Of a DNA stretch of 64,000 bases, positions 9,157 through 19,500 are shown one piece after another. A model generated the notes under the pieces. It searched no databases. It had not been told where the DNA came from and was given only the letters and a program-made list of their open reading frames with translations. The stretch covers positions 26,157-90,156 of IMG/VR virus record IMGVR_UViG_3300009128_000006; one strand, given 5' to 3'. The stretch is from a virus. Taxonomy: Duplodnaviria > Caudoviricetes. How positions within the stretch are numbered: the stretch's first letter is position 1; each line of letters opens with the position of its first letter. The translations under genes and the position numbers were made by a program.

Positions 9157-12100
9157 ATGGGCATTTACGACGAGGATCCTGACGTTCTGGAGTACTCCAT
9201 TGAAGGGTGGAACTCCCTTGAGTACCGGGAGCCGTGGGATCACGAACCACCGATTCCTGCCGTAGAGGATTGGGAGGTAGAGCGACACTTGCGGGAGCAG
9301 AGGCTCCGCTACGCCCTCACCCCGTCGCAGTTCACGGAAGAGACTGTGCTCATGCCCAACGCGAAGACGCGGGCATTGGAGGCGTTTTCCTTCGCAGATC
9401 GTCCTTACCTGAGGAAGGTCTACAATACGCAGTCCAATCGTGTCCTTCTCATGGCCGGACGGCAGGTGGAGAAGTGTGTTCATGAAGATGAAGTAGTAGT
9501 CGACTCTTTCGGCAAGCCGACCCCTATCAAAGACCTGTTGGTCGGCGATATACTTGTGTGCTTGGCTACCGAGGAAACGTCCCCGAATGTTGAGCGAGGG
9601 TCGGGATCTCGGATGACCACGTCAAAGATTACGTGGAAGTCTCGCAAGCGTAAGAAGCCTTGCCGCGAGATCCGGACGAGACAGGGCCATCGCTCTCGTA
9701 TGGCTACGACACATCCTGTTCGGGTGTGGAACGGGTGGAAGGCTGCTGGAGATCTCGAAATAGGAGATCGAATCGCAGTGGTTCGTAGGGCAGGGGTGTT
9801 CAGCAGCTGCGATTACGACGTGTCTTCCTCTCGGGTACGGCTCACCGCCTACATGATTGGAGATGGCGGGTGCAACCCCAAAGACGTGACCTTCACGAAC
9901 GAGACCTTTGAGGTCCTTGACGATTTCGACGATGCTCTTGTTGATGAAGGGATGTCGTACACCTTCTCACCCAAGAAGGATTCAAACACGACCTGCTTCC
10001 GTCTCCCTCGCTATCGAGCAGAGAAGCTCCGTGGATGGCTGGAAGAGGATGGTCTTTTGGGGACGGACTCCTACTCGAAGTTCCTTCCTGATTGGGTATT
10101 TCGTCTTTCGCGAGAGCAGACGTCTCTGTTCCTGAACAGGCTTTGGTCTACAGACGGGCACGTCAAGTGCAACACCGACACGAAGTGGTCCATCGAGTAC
10201 TGCTCTATGTCGGAGAGGCTGGTCAGGCAGGTTCAGGCATTGCTGTGGAAGCTTGGCATCCCTTCCAGGATCAGAGAGAACTGGCCTTCGATCTATAAGA
10301 AGCGCGGTGAGAAGGTTCTTGCTTATATCCTCCGTATCGAGACTCAAGAAGGTGTACGTTCGTTCGTTCGTGACATCGGTGCGCTTGGAAAGATCGAGCG
10401 GCAAGAGCTTGACCCCTGGGAGACCAACAACAATCGAGACACGTTGCCGTTGGAGGTGAACGAGTTCATACGGGAGATCTACGATGAGGTCTCACCGAAG
10501 AAGGGAGACCGAACCCTTCAGTCCGCAGGACTTCGCCGTAGCCCTAAGTACTGCCTGACCCGGAAGAAGCTGCTCGCGTATGTCGAGTTTTTCGAAGGAG
10601 ACCCTCGATACTCACCCTCGAAAGTTCGGCTCCTGAAGGAGCACGTGAGTTCTGACATTTACTGGGACGAGGTGGAGTCTATCAACGAGATGGGGGAGCA
10701 GTGGTGCTACGACCTGACGGTTGATCGTCATCACAACTTCGTCGCAGGCGGGATTGTCACGCACAACAGCACCTCTCTCGGTAATCGGATGCTGGCTCTA
10801 TGCTGCCTCATCCCGCATTTCCGTGCACTGTACGTCTCCCCGTCTTCAACACAGACCAAGGAGTTCTCGAACCGGCGGTTGCGTGAAGTCTTGATGACCT
10901 CGCCGCGACTGAGGACGTGGTTCCCGCAGCATCTCACGGACAATGTCTTTGAGAAGCGAGCCATCAACCGGAGTGGAATCACACTCCGGTATGCGTTCCT
11001 CAACGCAGATCGCTGCCGGGGACTCTCTGCAGATAGTGTCATCCTCGACGAGTTCCAGGATCTCCTTCTCGACACTATTCCGGTCATCGAGGAGGCTGCG
11101 TCCCACTCCGCCTTCAAGTACTTCATCTACGCAGGAACTCCGAAGTCGCTCGACAACCCGATCGAGCACTACTGGTCCACCTTCTCGACTCGCAACGAAT
11201 GGGCAGTCCCCTGTGAGCGGCACGGCACTCCTAAGGTTCCGGGCTCCTGGCACTGGAACATCCTGGGTGAGAGGAACATCTCCAAGGCCGGACCGGTCTG
11301 TGACCGCTGCGGCGGTCCCATCTTCCCCAACCATCCGAAAGCACAATGGGTCCGTACCGGTAACCCCGACCCCAACCTCACGGTCTTTGAGGGTTTCCGC
11401 ATCCCGCAGCTCATGGTCCCCTGGATCAGCTGGAAGGAGCTGTGGACCAAGTACACGGACTACCCACGTGCACAGTTCTTTAACGAGTGCCTGGGCCAGT
11501 CCTTCGATTCAGGACAGCGCCCTCTCACTCAGGACGACATCAGGCAAAACTGTGATTCCTCAATCACCCTCACTCCCGAAGGGGTGGCCGACATCCGTCG
11601 ACGGATGGCGGGGGTTCAGCTCTATGGCGGCATCGACTGGGGCCAGGGCTCGACGAACTCGTACACGGTGTTCTTCGTAGGCGGGTACCTCAACAACAAG
11701 TTCACCATCTTCTTCTGCCATCGCTTCGTTGGAGCGGAATCCGAACCGCGCACCCAGCTCAAGAAGATCTGCAGGATCATCGAGACCTTCAACCTTGCCC
11801 GCGTCTGTGTTGACCATGGTGGAGGCTTCTGGCCAAACGGTGAGCTTCTTCGTCGCTATGGCTCCAATCGCATCGTACGGGTGCAGTACCTCACGCCGAA
11901 TGTCTTCATGCGTTGGGATGAGGCTCTTGGGCGGTACATCATCCACCGCTCCGAAGTCATGTCGGCGATGTTCAATGCCATCAAGCGTGGCACCGTAGTC
12001 CGCTTCCCCGCATGGAAGTACTTCAAGACTCCATTCGCCAAAGACTTCCTGTCCATCTTCTCTGAGTACAGCGAGAAGATGCACATGACGCAGTACAAGA

Positions 12101-12240
12101 AGTCGGCCAACAACACCGACGACTCCTTCCATGCGTTCCTCTACTGCTTCCTCTCCTCGATGATTGACATTCCACGTCCTGATGTCTTCATCCCCTCGCA
12201 GGCTGTAGACCGTATGCTTGAGGCTCGTGAAGAATACTGA
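9157..12240 (+). CDS. terL: Terminase large subunit (lambda gpA-like) with intein
   Basis: Walker A GRQVEK|ST split by intein, Walker B VILDEFQD, coupling motif AGTPK, nuclease GIDWG and DDSFHA. Confidence 0.9.
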   Translation: MGIYDEDPDVLEYSIEGWNSLEYREPWDHEPPIPAVEDWEVERHLREQRLRYALTPSQFTEETVLMPNAKTRALEAFSFADRPYLRKVYNTQSNRVLLMAGRQVEKCVHEDEVVVDSFGKPTPIKDLLVGDILVCLATEETSPNVERGSGSRMTTSKITWKSRKRKKPCREIRTRQGHRSRMATTHPVRVWNGWKAAGDLEIGDRIAVVRRAGVFSSCDYDVSSSRVRLTAYMIGDGGCNPKDVTFTNETFEVLDDFDDALVDEGMSYTFSPKKDSNTTCFRLPRYRAEKLRGWLEEDGLLGTDSYSKFLPDWVFRLSREQTSLFLNRLWSTDGHVKCNTDTKWSIEYCSMSERLVRQVQALLWKLGIPSRIRENWPSIYKKRGEKVLAYILRIETQEGVRSFVRDIGALGKIERQELDPWETNNNRDTLPLEVNEFIREIYDEVSPKKGDRTLQSAGLRRSPKYCLTRKKLLAYVEFFEGDPRYSPSKVRLLKEHVSSDIYWDEVESINEMGEQWCYDLTVDRHHNFVAGGIVTHNSTSLGNRMLALCCLIPHFRALYVSPSSTQTKEFSNRRLREVLMTSPRLRTWFPQHLTDNVFEKRAINRSGITLRYAFLNADRCRGLSADSVILDEFQDLLLDTIPVIEEAASHSAFKYFIYAGTPKSLDNPIEHYWSTFSTRNEWAVPCERHGTPKVPGSWHWNILGERNISKAGPVCDRCGGPIFPNHPKAQWVRTGNPDPNLTVFEGFRIPQLMVPWISWKELWTKYTDYPRAQFFNECLGQSFDSGQRPLTQDDIRQNCDSSITLTPEGVADIRRRMAGVQLYGGIDWGQGSTNSYTVFFVGGYLNNKFTIFFCHRFVGAESEPRTQLKKICRIIETFNLARVCVDHGGGFWPNGELLRRYGSNRIVRVQYLTPNVFMRWDEALGRYIIHRSEVMSAMFNAIKRGTVVRFPAWKYFKTPFAKDFLSIFSEYSEKMHMTQYKKSANNTDDSFHAFLYCFLSSMIDIPRPDVFIPSQAVDRMLEAREEY
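9475..10767 (+). mobile_element. Intein with LAGLIDADG homing endonuclease (431 aa) in TerL Walker A
   Basis: Starts CVHEDE, block B TTHP, LAGLIDADG-like AYMIGDG and LWSTDG, ends YDLTV...HNFVAGGIVTHN followed by Ser. Confidence 0.95.
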
Positions 12241-12287
12241 GGGCTAAGAAGGATCGTAGGTAAAGAGGCTAAAACTTTGAACCAGAG

Positions 12288-12319
12288 AAGCGCGGGACCC
12301 CCTGAGAGGTCCCGCGCTT
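12288..12319. terminator. Hairpin terminator between convergent genes
   Basis: AAGCGCGGGACC-ccctgaga-GGTCCCGCGCTT 12-bp inverted repeat. Confidence 0.75.
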
Positions 12320-12341
12320 GTTGAGGGGAAGAGGCGAGCAG

Positions 12342-12821
12342 CTACGCCGCCAGAATCTTCCGCATGGCCTCGGCCATCTCGGGGTCCTCGGCGGCGGTCA
12401 GGAGCAGCTCCTTCATGCGCTCTTTCTTCTTGGCTTCCGCCTTGGCCTTCGCCTTCGCCTCCGCCTCCTGCGCCCGCGTCTCGGCCTTCGCCGCCTTCCG
12501 GTTCTCCCTCACCAAGTCCTTGGCGAAGTCCCTGCCGAGGACGACGGGCTGCTGACGGATGGCCTCGTGGGTCACGAGCTGCTCGACCGTTTCCTTGTCG
12601 GAGAGGGCCACGCAGCCGCCAAGGGCGGCGAGCCCGCCAGCACCACCAGCGAGGGCGGCGATGGGCCGGCTGATGCCGGCGTCGAAGGCGAGGGTGGCGA
12701 TCTCGTTGATGCCAAGGCCAAGGCCCATGCCCAGGGTCGTGGCCTCGAGGGTGGTCTGAATGGGGCTTTCGTGGAGCCGCGCGGTGACGCGGTCGGGGAG
12801 AGTGGCACGACCCATGGTCAT
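12342..12821 (-). CDS. Hypothetical membrane-associated coiled-coil protein
   Basis: GGAGG RBS; hydrophobic Gly/Ala segments then AKAKA coiled coil. Confidence 0.65.
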   Translation of the reverse strand: MTMGRATLPDRVTARLHESPIQTTLEATTLGMGLGLGINEIATLAFDAGISRPIAALAGGAGGLAALGGCVALSDKETVEQLVTHEAIRQQPVVLGRDFAKDLVRENRKAAKAETRAQEAEAKAKAKAEAKKKERMKELLLTAAEDPEMAEAMRKILAA

Positions 12822-12892
12822 ACCTCCGATTGATGGTTGGGTTGTTGGGGGGCGCTCAGGGCCAAACAGCTGGCATTCCTGGACGCAAAAGT

Positions 12893-12922
12893 CTTATGCC
12901 CGAAAGGACCGGCTCTTTTAGC
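12893..12922 (-). promoter_or_regulatory. Recurrent phage promoter motif (TAAA-like upstream box, then CATAAG)
   Basis: Minus strand GCTAAAAG...GGCATAAG; similar boxes at 9140, 13455, 47646, 53030, 56504, 59058. Confidence 0.55.
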
Positions 12923-12953
12923 CTCAGTCCTTCCCTTCCATGGGCAGACCCAC

Positions 12954-13412
12954 TCAGTCCGTCCCGGACTCGTCCGTTTCGAAGACGAAGGCTCCGAAGG
13001 CTTCTGCCAAGGCCCTCAGAGCTGGGGCGGCCGTGGCCATCGCGACCTCGAGCGCCTCCAGCCTCTCGTCCTGCGCCTCCATCCGATCCACTTGAAGGCC
13101 GATGACCTCCGCCATCTCGGCCTTCAGAGCCTCCACAGCCTTCGCCATCTCAGCCCGAGAAGGTGACGTCTCCGGTCCCCGCGCCACGAGGGTTTCGAGG
13201 TTGGTGAGCCGCGCTTCGATGCGGCTATAGACTGTACCCTGCGCCTTTGCAGGCCTCTCGGACCTCTGCGGAGCGCGTGTTGCCTCTCGGGCAGAGGGCT
13301 GCGTCCGAGAGGCGGGGGCGGGGGCGGAAGCGGGAGGCTTCGCCGGCCGCCGCAGGGACAGCTGGTGAAGGCGCGAAGTGAGCGCCTCCGCAACTGAGGT
13401 CTGGTGATTCAT
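12954..13412 (-). CDS. Hypothetical protein
   Basis: AGGAG RBS, upstream TCATAAG motif. Confidence 0.6.
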   Translation of the reverse strand: MNHQTSVAEALTSRLHQLSLRRPAKPPASAPAPASRTQPSAREATRAPQRSERPAKAQGTVYSRIEARLTNLETLVARGPETSPSRAEMAKAVEALKAEMAEVIGLQVDRMEAQDERLEALEVAMATAAPALRALAEAFGAFVFETDESGTD

Positions 13413-13478
13413 AGTGCTCCTTTGGACAGCAACATCGGTTTGCCGACCAAAGCACTTATGACTGGAATCCCTACGATT

Positions 13479-14192
13479 TCATGCAGTCCTCTGGAACCTT
13501 CCCATCATCCCCGTCAGCTCGTCATGAATGGAACGAGGCGTGTTTGTGGGAGGTTGCAGGTGAGGGTCCCGAATCACACCGTACATCTCGGTGTAGCAGA
13601 GGGCTGACACTCGGAGTCGGCGTCGTCCTTCCACAAGAGTGCGGTGAACCTTCTGCACTCGAAGCGAGGTTTCGTAGTCCTCTCTTGTTGCCACATGCGC
13701 CACTTGAGCGATGCACAACTTCATGAGGAGTACCCAGGCCCGTCCATCTTCCACGGCCTCGGCCATGATGTGGAAGCTCTCTTCCGTCAGGCTCATGAAG
13801 ATCTCAGCCCATGCTTCAAGCTCTTCAAGGCTGAAGCTCGTCCTACCAAGAGTCTGAGCAGCACTCTCATGTAGCTGTCGTGCGGTCGTAGCTGTGAGGT
13901 TCAGCGGTGTGACTCGGGCGTCCAGGATGCGAAGCACCACCTCCATCTCTGCCTGGAGCTTCCGTACCTGAGCTCGGAGTTCCAGGATCTCCTTCCGGCT
14001 CCCCCGTGTACGAGGCGTGTGAGATGTCCTGTCGCGTCGAAGCTCCTCCACCTCCAGCGGGCGGTACATGATCCGTCGCCCGTACTTCACCTTCGTCAAT
14101 AGGCCGTCGCTGGCATAGCGGGCGACGGTGCGAGCGCAGCACTGTAGGTGTCGTGCGGCCTCTTGGGCAGTCATGAGGTTGTCTACGCTCAA
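13479..14192 (-). CDS. Excisionase/MerR-like HTH DNA-binding protein
   Basis: LMTAQEAARHLQCCARTVARY...GRRIMYRPLEVEEL winged-HTH pattern followed by coiled coil. Confidence 0.75.
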   Translation of the reverse strand: MSVDNLMTAQEAARHLQCCARTVARYASDGLLTKVKYGRRIMYRPLEVEELRRDRTSHTPRTRGSRKEILELRAQVRKLQAEMEVVLRILDARVTPLNLTATTARQLHESAAQTLGRTSFSLEELEAWAEIFMSLTEESFHIMAEAVEDGRAWVLLMKLCIAQVAHVATREDYETSLRVQKVHRTLVEGRRRLRVSALCYTEMYGVIRDPHLQPPTNTPRSIHDELTGMMGRFQRTA

Positions 14193-14237
14193 TGTGCCTC
14201 CTGGCTGTTAGAGGTATAGTCCTATGGAGAGGACACC

Positions 14238-15122
14238 ATGGTCTCCGATAGCGATCTCCGAAGCCTGGCTCGTGGAGCGACTACCCGATTCCTTGACGGA
14301 GGCGGGGACTTCACGACGTGTGTGGCGAAGGTCGCATCGGCCTCTTCTCACACTCTAACCGCGGAGCATATCCGTCGGGTGTGTGAGATGGCGTACCATG
14401 ATGCCTTCGAGCGGGAGTGGCAGAAGCAGGCAGGCGGGAGCCGGCTGGTGTCCTTCGACCCGCCCTGTGCGAAGGAAGCTGCCCGGCTGTGCAATGCAGA
14501 GAAGGTTGCGGCCGCGCGAGTCCGGGCCACGACCGTGACTGGGCATCCGACCATGGACAAGATCGCGATGGCAGAGATCCCGCACGTCCCTCTTCCGCCG
14601 CCCATCACGAACGCCTTCACCTCTGCCATGCGCTCCTCGCCTGTAGATCGGGAGCTCGGAGTCCGGGAGGCTCTTCACACCCTGAAGACTGCGGCCCAGG
14701 ATCTCAATGAGGCGATCTCGCAGGTCGAGATCGAGATCGGCTCCGCCAAGTCGGCGGAGCTCTACGCCCACACTGCTCTGGGTCGTCAGGCTCGTCAGGC
14801 ATGCCTGGACGGAGCGACTCCAGGCCAGGCCCTCGCGGTATGTGAGCACTTCCTGAAGGAGGCGGAAGGTGTTCCCGCTGACATCGCTGTGGATGTGCTG
14901 GCACACCTGGCAAGGGACATGATGACGGGCAACGTCTTCCCGGAGCCTGTGAAGCTCGCGGCCCCTCCGAACCCTCGTCACCCTCTGAACCGTCTGGTCG
15001 TGAAGGCGGCCCACATCCGTTTCGGACGACTGCAGCGGGAGATCGCTCTTGGTGATCTCCGTGCGGATCGTCAACGGCTGGAGAAGGAGCTGGGCAGTGA
15101 GCTCTACCAGCTCGGAGCGTGA
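14238..15122 (+). CDS. Head-associated protein (KxA motifs)
   Basis: TATAGT and GGAG upstream; KVAS, KQAG, KVAA, KIAM, KTAA, KLAA. Confidence 0.6.
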   Translation: MVSDSDLRSLARGATTRFLDGGGDFTTCVAKVASASSHTLTAEHIRRVCEMAYHDAFEREWQKQAGGSRLVSFDPPCAKEAARLCNAEKVAAARVRATTVTGHPTMDKIAMAEIPHVPLPPPITNAFTSAMRSSPVDRELGVREALHTLKTAAQDLNEAISQVEIEIGSAKSAELYAHTALGRQARQACLDGATPGQALAVCEHFLKEAEGVPADIAVDVLAHLARDMMTGNVFPEPVKLAAPPNPRHPLNRLVVKAAHIRFGRLQREIALGDLRADRQRLEKELGSELYQLGA

Positions 15123-15126
15123 GCGC

Positions 15127-15399
15127 ATGCAGCGGTTCCGGAAGCTCGCGCTTCTGGGAGCGGCCAAGGCTGTAGCCAAAGGAACGGCCAATGTGGCCGC
15201 GAAGGCTACAGGTGTTGGAGCGCGGACGACTTGGCGCACTGCCCAGAGAGTGTCCTCCGGCGAGAACCTCATGCCCAAATCCCGGGCCATAGGTCTCGTA
15301 GGTCTTGGCGGGGTTACTACCGTAGGCGGTGTGCGGACAGTTCGTGAAAACGCAAGAGCAGCTCGAGCAAGCTCAGAAGCTCCGTGGAAGGCACAATGA
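15127..15399 (+). CDS. Small Gly/Ala-rich virion protein
   Basis: GGAG RBS; MQRFRKLA start; Gly-zipper. Confidence 0.5.
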   Translation: MQRFRKLALLGAAKAVAKGTANVAAKATGVGARTTWRTAQRVSSGENLMPKSRAIGLVGLGGVTTVGGVRTVRENARAARASSEAPWKAQ

Positions 15400-16526
15400 C
15401 CATCTCCATCTACACCGACTCTGACCTCTCTGCCGAGGATGTCCTGGAGCTGGAGGACTTCGACGGAATGCTCCACGAGGGATCGAAGCGTGCGTCCTTC
15501 GGACGAGTCGGAAGGATGGCTCGCAATGCGACGGAGAACACGGCTGCCCAACTCATTGCCGGCACTCTCGGAACTGCTACCGTGGTCGGCGGTAAGGCCA
15601 TGTACGACAAGGCCACATATGGGCGTGACCTGCGGGCCATCACCGATGTCTACCCGCACTTGAAGAAGTACCCCGAGAAGGAGCTTCGCCTCGCTTACAG
15701 CTCGCTGCGGAACCTGAACCCGCAGTTCGCCAAGGATCCTCTGGTAGGAGGTACCCTCCTTGGGCAGCTCCTCCGGCAGCGGGATCCGCTCAACCCCAAG
15801 GCACTCCGTCTCGACCCGGGGATGGCTTCCGACCTGGTCCGCAATCGTCGTGACACCCGGGGTGGAATCGACGAGATGGTCCCTGCGGCCTTCCAAGCAG
15901 GGATGCAGGGTGCGATGGATTACGAGGGCGTCCTCGGTGACCGTGCCTTCAAGCGGGAGATGGCCGCGGCGGATCGGTCCTTCAAGCGTGAGACGCAGAC
16001 CGGCGATCACCGCTTCAAGCGGGAACTGCAGACCGGAGACCAGACCTTCCGTCATGATGAGGCCCTGAAGGATCGCACGCTTCGGACCTCACAGTCTGCG
16101 GCTGATCGAGCTCAGCGTGGGAAGCATCACACCGAGCAGATCGAAGCACGACGTGGTGAAGAGCGGCGGCGGACCTCTCGAGAGCGGTCGAAGGGTGTTC
16201 GTGAGCGGATCGAACGGCTCACGGCCGAAGCCACACGTCGCAAGCACGACAAGGCGCTACAGCAGCAGAAGGACGATGCTGCGATGGGGCGTGAGCAGTA
16301 CAAGGTCCTGAACAATCCGCTGTCACGCAAGAGTCGGAGGGCGCAGCGCAGGCGGGGGCTTCTGGCAGCGTACTCGGCCGAGCCTTCGCAGTCATCTACA
16401 GCGGATTACTCGGTGCGTGGTCTGGCTCGTGGTGTGGGTTCTCGGATTGACTCCTCGACCGGTTCGGGCCCTGATTCGGACCCGAGCACTCGTCGCGGAT
16501 ACCATCACCCAGGATCTCGGAAGTAG
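15396..16526 (+). CDS. Virion protein with hydrophobic helix and 11-aa repeats
   Basis: Acidic leader ending KRAS; repeats DRAFKRE/DRSFKRE/DHRFKRE. Confidence 0.55.
   Translation: MTISIYTDSDLSAEDVLELEDFDGMLHEGSKRASFGRVGRMARNATENTAAQLIAGTLGTATVVGGKAMYDKATYGRDLRAITDVYPHLKKYPEKELRLAYSSLRNLNPQFAKDPLVGGTLLGQLLRQRDPLNPKALRLDPGMASDLVRNRRDTRGGIDEMVPAAFQAGMQGAMDYEGVLGDRAFKREMAAADRSFKRETQTGDHRFKRELQTGDQTFRHDEALKDRTLRTSQSAADRAQRGKHHTEQIEARRGEERRRTSRERSKGVRERIERLTAEATRRKHDKALQQQKDDAAMGREQYKVLNNPLSRKSRRAQRRRGLLAAYSAEPSQSSTADYSVRGLARGVGSRIDSSTGSGPDSDPSTRRGYHHPGSRK
15939..16060 (+). repeat. Degenerate 33-bp (11-aa) coding tandem repeat, about 4 copies
   Basis: TTCAAGCG recurs at 33-nt spacing. Confidence 0.65.
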
Positions 16527-16532
16527 GTCTGT

Positions 16533-19500
16533 ATGGAGAAGCGGTTCGATCTTTCGGGCACAGGACCGGGTGGATTTCCTCTCATCCATTTGGTGGAGCC
16601 GGGATCCGCCTATGGCTTGAACCAGACGTCAGGCCTTACGAAGACTGCTTCTGGCGAACATCTCTCTCCTGTCATCGAACTTCTTGAGGCCATCCAGCCG
16701 CAGCCGGATCGTCTCTACCTGGTGAACTCTGCCCTCGGTGCAGGGGAGTATGTCGGCTTCAATCTCCGAGGTGACTGGTTCACCGAGGCAGGACTGAAGC
16801 ACACGCCTCCGGGATGGGACTCCATCCCTGTGTGGGACATCGATGCGCGTCGTCGCGCGGCCATCGTGCCGGAAGATGTGCCCGGCTACGGCCCAATGTG
16901 CTGGGGCTACCCCACGTTCTACAACGCACATCGGTTCCGGCACCATCGCAACAATGATCCGAACCGGGCCTACGGCTACATCCTCGGAGCGTTCTACGAC
17001 GACCGGATGCACCGGGTTGTACTGGTCTCGGAGCTCATCAAGGACCTTTGCGTCAAGCACGGTGCGCTCAACATCTATGAGCGCATCGCCCGTGGTGACT
17101 TTGTCGATACCAGCATGGGCTGCTTCCCTGCGGGAGCGATGGTCAGTCTCTACTCAGGAGAGCGAAAGGCCATCGAGACCGTGGAGGTGGGTGAGTATGT
17201 CCTGACCCATACAGGGAGCAGAGGGCGAGTCAGGGCTCTTGATAGTCATGTGCATGAGGGGCTGTACACGATCAAGGTTTCTGGTGTTGGTTCCATGGAG
17301 GTGACGGAGGAGCATCCGTTCTTCGTGATTCCGGTCGAGCAGATCAGGTGTGAAGTTCCAAAGACGCACAACTACGGCCGACAGCAGAGGGCGTGTGTCT
17401 CCTCCCTGAAAGACTTGAAGAAGGGCTGCCAGGGTTGTCCGGTGGAGCCAGCGTACGATCCTGTCTGGAAGAAGGCACAGGACCTGGACGTCGGCGATTT
17501 CGCACTCTCTCCGGCTCCTTCAGAGGTTGTGGAGAGGTTGACGGCGAAGCAGGCCAGGATCCTCGGATACTACGCCTCCGAGGGGAACATCTGCTGGTAC
17601 TACCCGAAGAAGGGCGGGAAGCGTCAGCTCGACCGGAAGTACCCGGGTGGAGTGTGCTTCACGATCAACCACGATGAGGTTGATCTTCTGGAAGACATCG
17701 AGGAGCTCTGCTGCGCCTTGGACCTTCCTGAGCCGTCGGTGGCGTGGAGGGAGGGGACGTCCACGTTCAGTATTGCTGTCTACCAACGGAAGTTCGCAGA
17801 GTTTTGCCTCGCGATGTGCGGGAAGTACTCTTTGGCGAAGCGGCTGGCTCCGGAGCTGATGCTCGCTCCGCCTGACGTCCAGAAGGAGTTCTTGGGGGCG
17901 TATCTGAACGGCGATGGCGGTTGTCTTCGAGGGCAGGCATACATCTCGACAGGTAATGAGCAGCTCGCGTACCAGTTGCAGATGATGATGATCCGGTGTG
18001 GTATCGCTACCAGCCTCAATGTCATCAATCACAAAGGAACGACCAGCTCTCTGACAGACAAGGATACCGTCGAGTACCAGATTTGGCTTGGTGTGCTTGG
18101 AGGATACCGGCTTCAAGATTACTCTTCGCATCCTCTGAGGAAGCCGAAGAAGGTTCTTAGCCAGAGGTGGACGTGGGTCGGTCCTGATGGGACGCCCTAT
18201 GTGGCAAGTCCCGTTGTAGAGGCGTCGTACGACCCGGAGTGGGTGGGAGAGGTTTACAACTTCTCTGTGGACGACGACGAGAGCTACTGCATTTCAGGTG
18301 TGGCGGTTCATAACTCGAGAGTCCCCGACGATGAGTGCTCCATCTGTGGCCACCTGGCTCGGACGCCTGCCCAGTACTGCCGTCATGTTCAACGAGGAGC
18401 GGTGGCCCCGTACGGGATGGGGAAGCTCCTTGCAGATGGCCGAAGGTGTGGGGTCTACAACCACCATCCCTTGTTCTTCGATGATTCCTTCGTGTTCATT
18501 GGCGCGGAACGGTCCGCGAAGGTGATGGACAACGTCACCCCACTCCTCCGTGGAACGAGAACGTACACCTCTCAGGTCTACATCCCTCCTCGTCGTATGC
18601 GTCGCCGCCGTGTTGCTTCGGCAGACTCCAAAGCAGCTTCACTACTCGGACAAGAGACGGGAGATGAGCAGCGGGAGAAGGATGTCGAGCTCGGTCAGGC
18701 TCTGGTCCGTGCGGCGAACCCTCCTGCGATGGGAGCGCACACAGGTTCCCTTGGCGACAAGATCTCGAAGCTCCTGTCTGTCATCCCGACCCTGAACGAG
18801 AAGCAGGACATGGCCCTGCAGCATGTGACGGAACGCATGCGTAGACAGGAAGCGATTCGTGAAGGATCCATGGAGAAGTCAGAGCTCCAGTTCTGGGAGC
18901 AGCGACAACTACATCAGCTCCGCCAGAAGGGAGTCTCGAAGGAAGACGTCTCTCAGATGCAGGCTGTGGTTCAGCGACAGATGCGCTTCGCCTTTGGTGG
19001 TCCGCGTCGGGGTGCACTCAAGAAGGCGTCCTTGATGCACGCGAAGTGGGCAGAGCATCTGAAGCGCATCCCTGTGCCTTCCCAGTCCCAGCTCGCACTC
19101 GTGGCTGAGCATGCGGCTCGACTTCCCCAGCTCCCGCCGAGTCTCCTCGACTTCATCTCCGAGGACTTGAAGCCTCGTTGCTCTGTTCTGGCAGAGATGG
19201 GTGTAGTTCTTCAACCTGAAGAGTTCGCATACGCTGCGGCACCTTCAATGCTTGAAGGCTTGACGACAACCCGTCGAGCCGCGTTTCTCAATACGCCGTT
19301 GCCGCCTGCGCCGATCTGCCCATCGTACACTCCGATGCCTCGGCCCGGGATAGCCGGTATTTGCCGCAGAACTCGGCGAAGGATCCTCTCCAAGGATCTT
19401 TTGGGCCTGCGCTCGCTGGCCCCGCGGCATGTAGGGCTCCGTCTCGTGATGGCTCGCCCACGACGACAGATCCGCTCGGATGTGTTGCCTCCTGAGGATG

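Noticed and set aside
13479-14192. Prophage excisionase implying integration
   Set aside because: No integrase or att site in the window; more likely a phage transcription regulator
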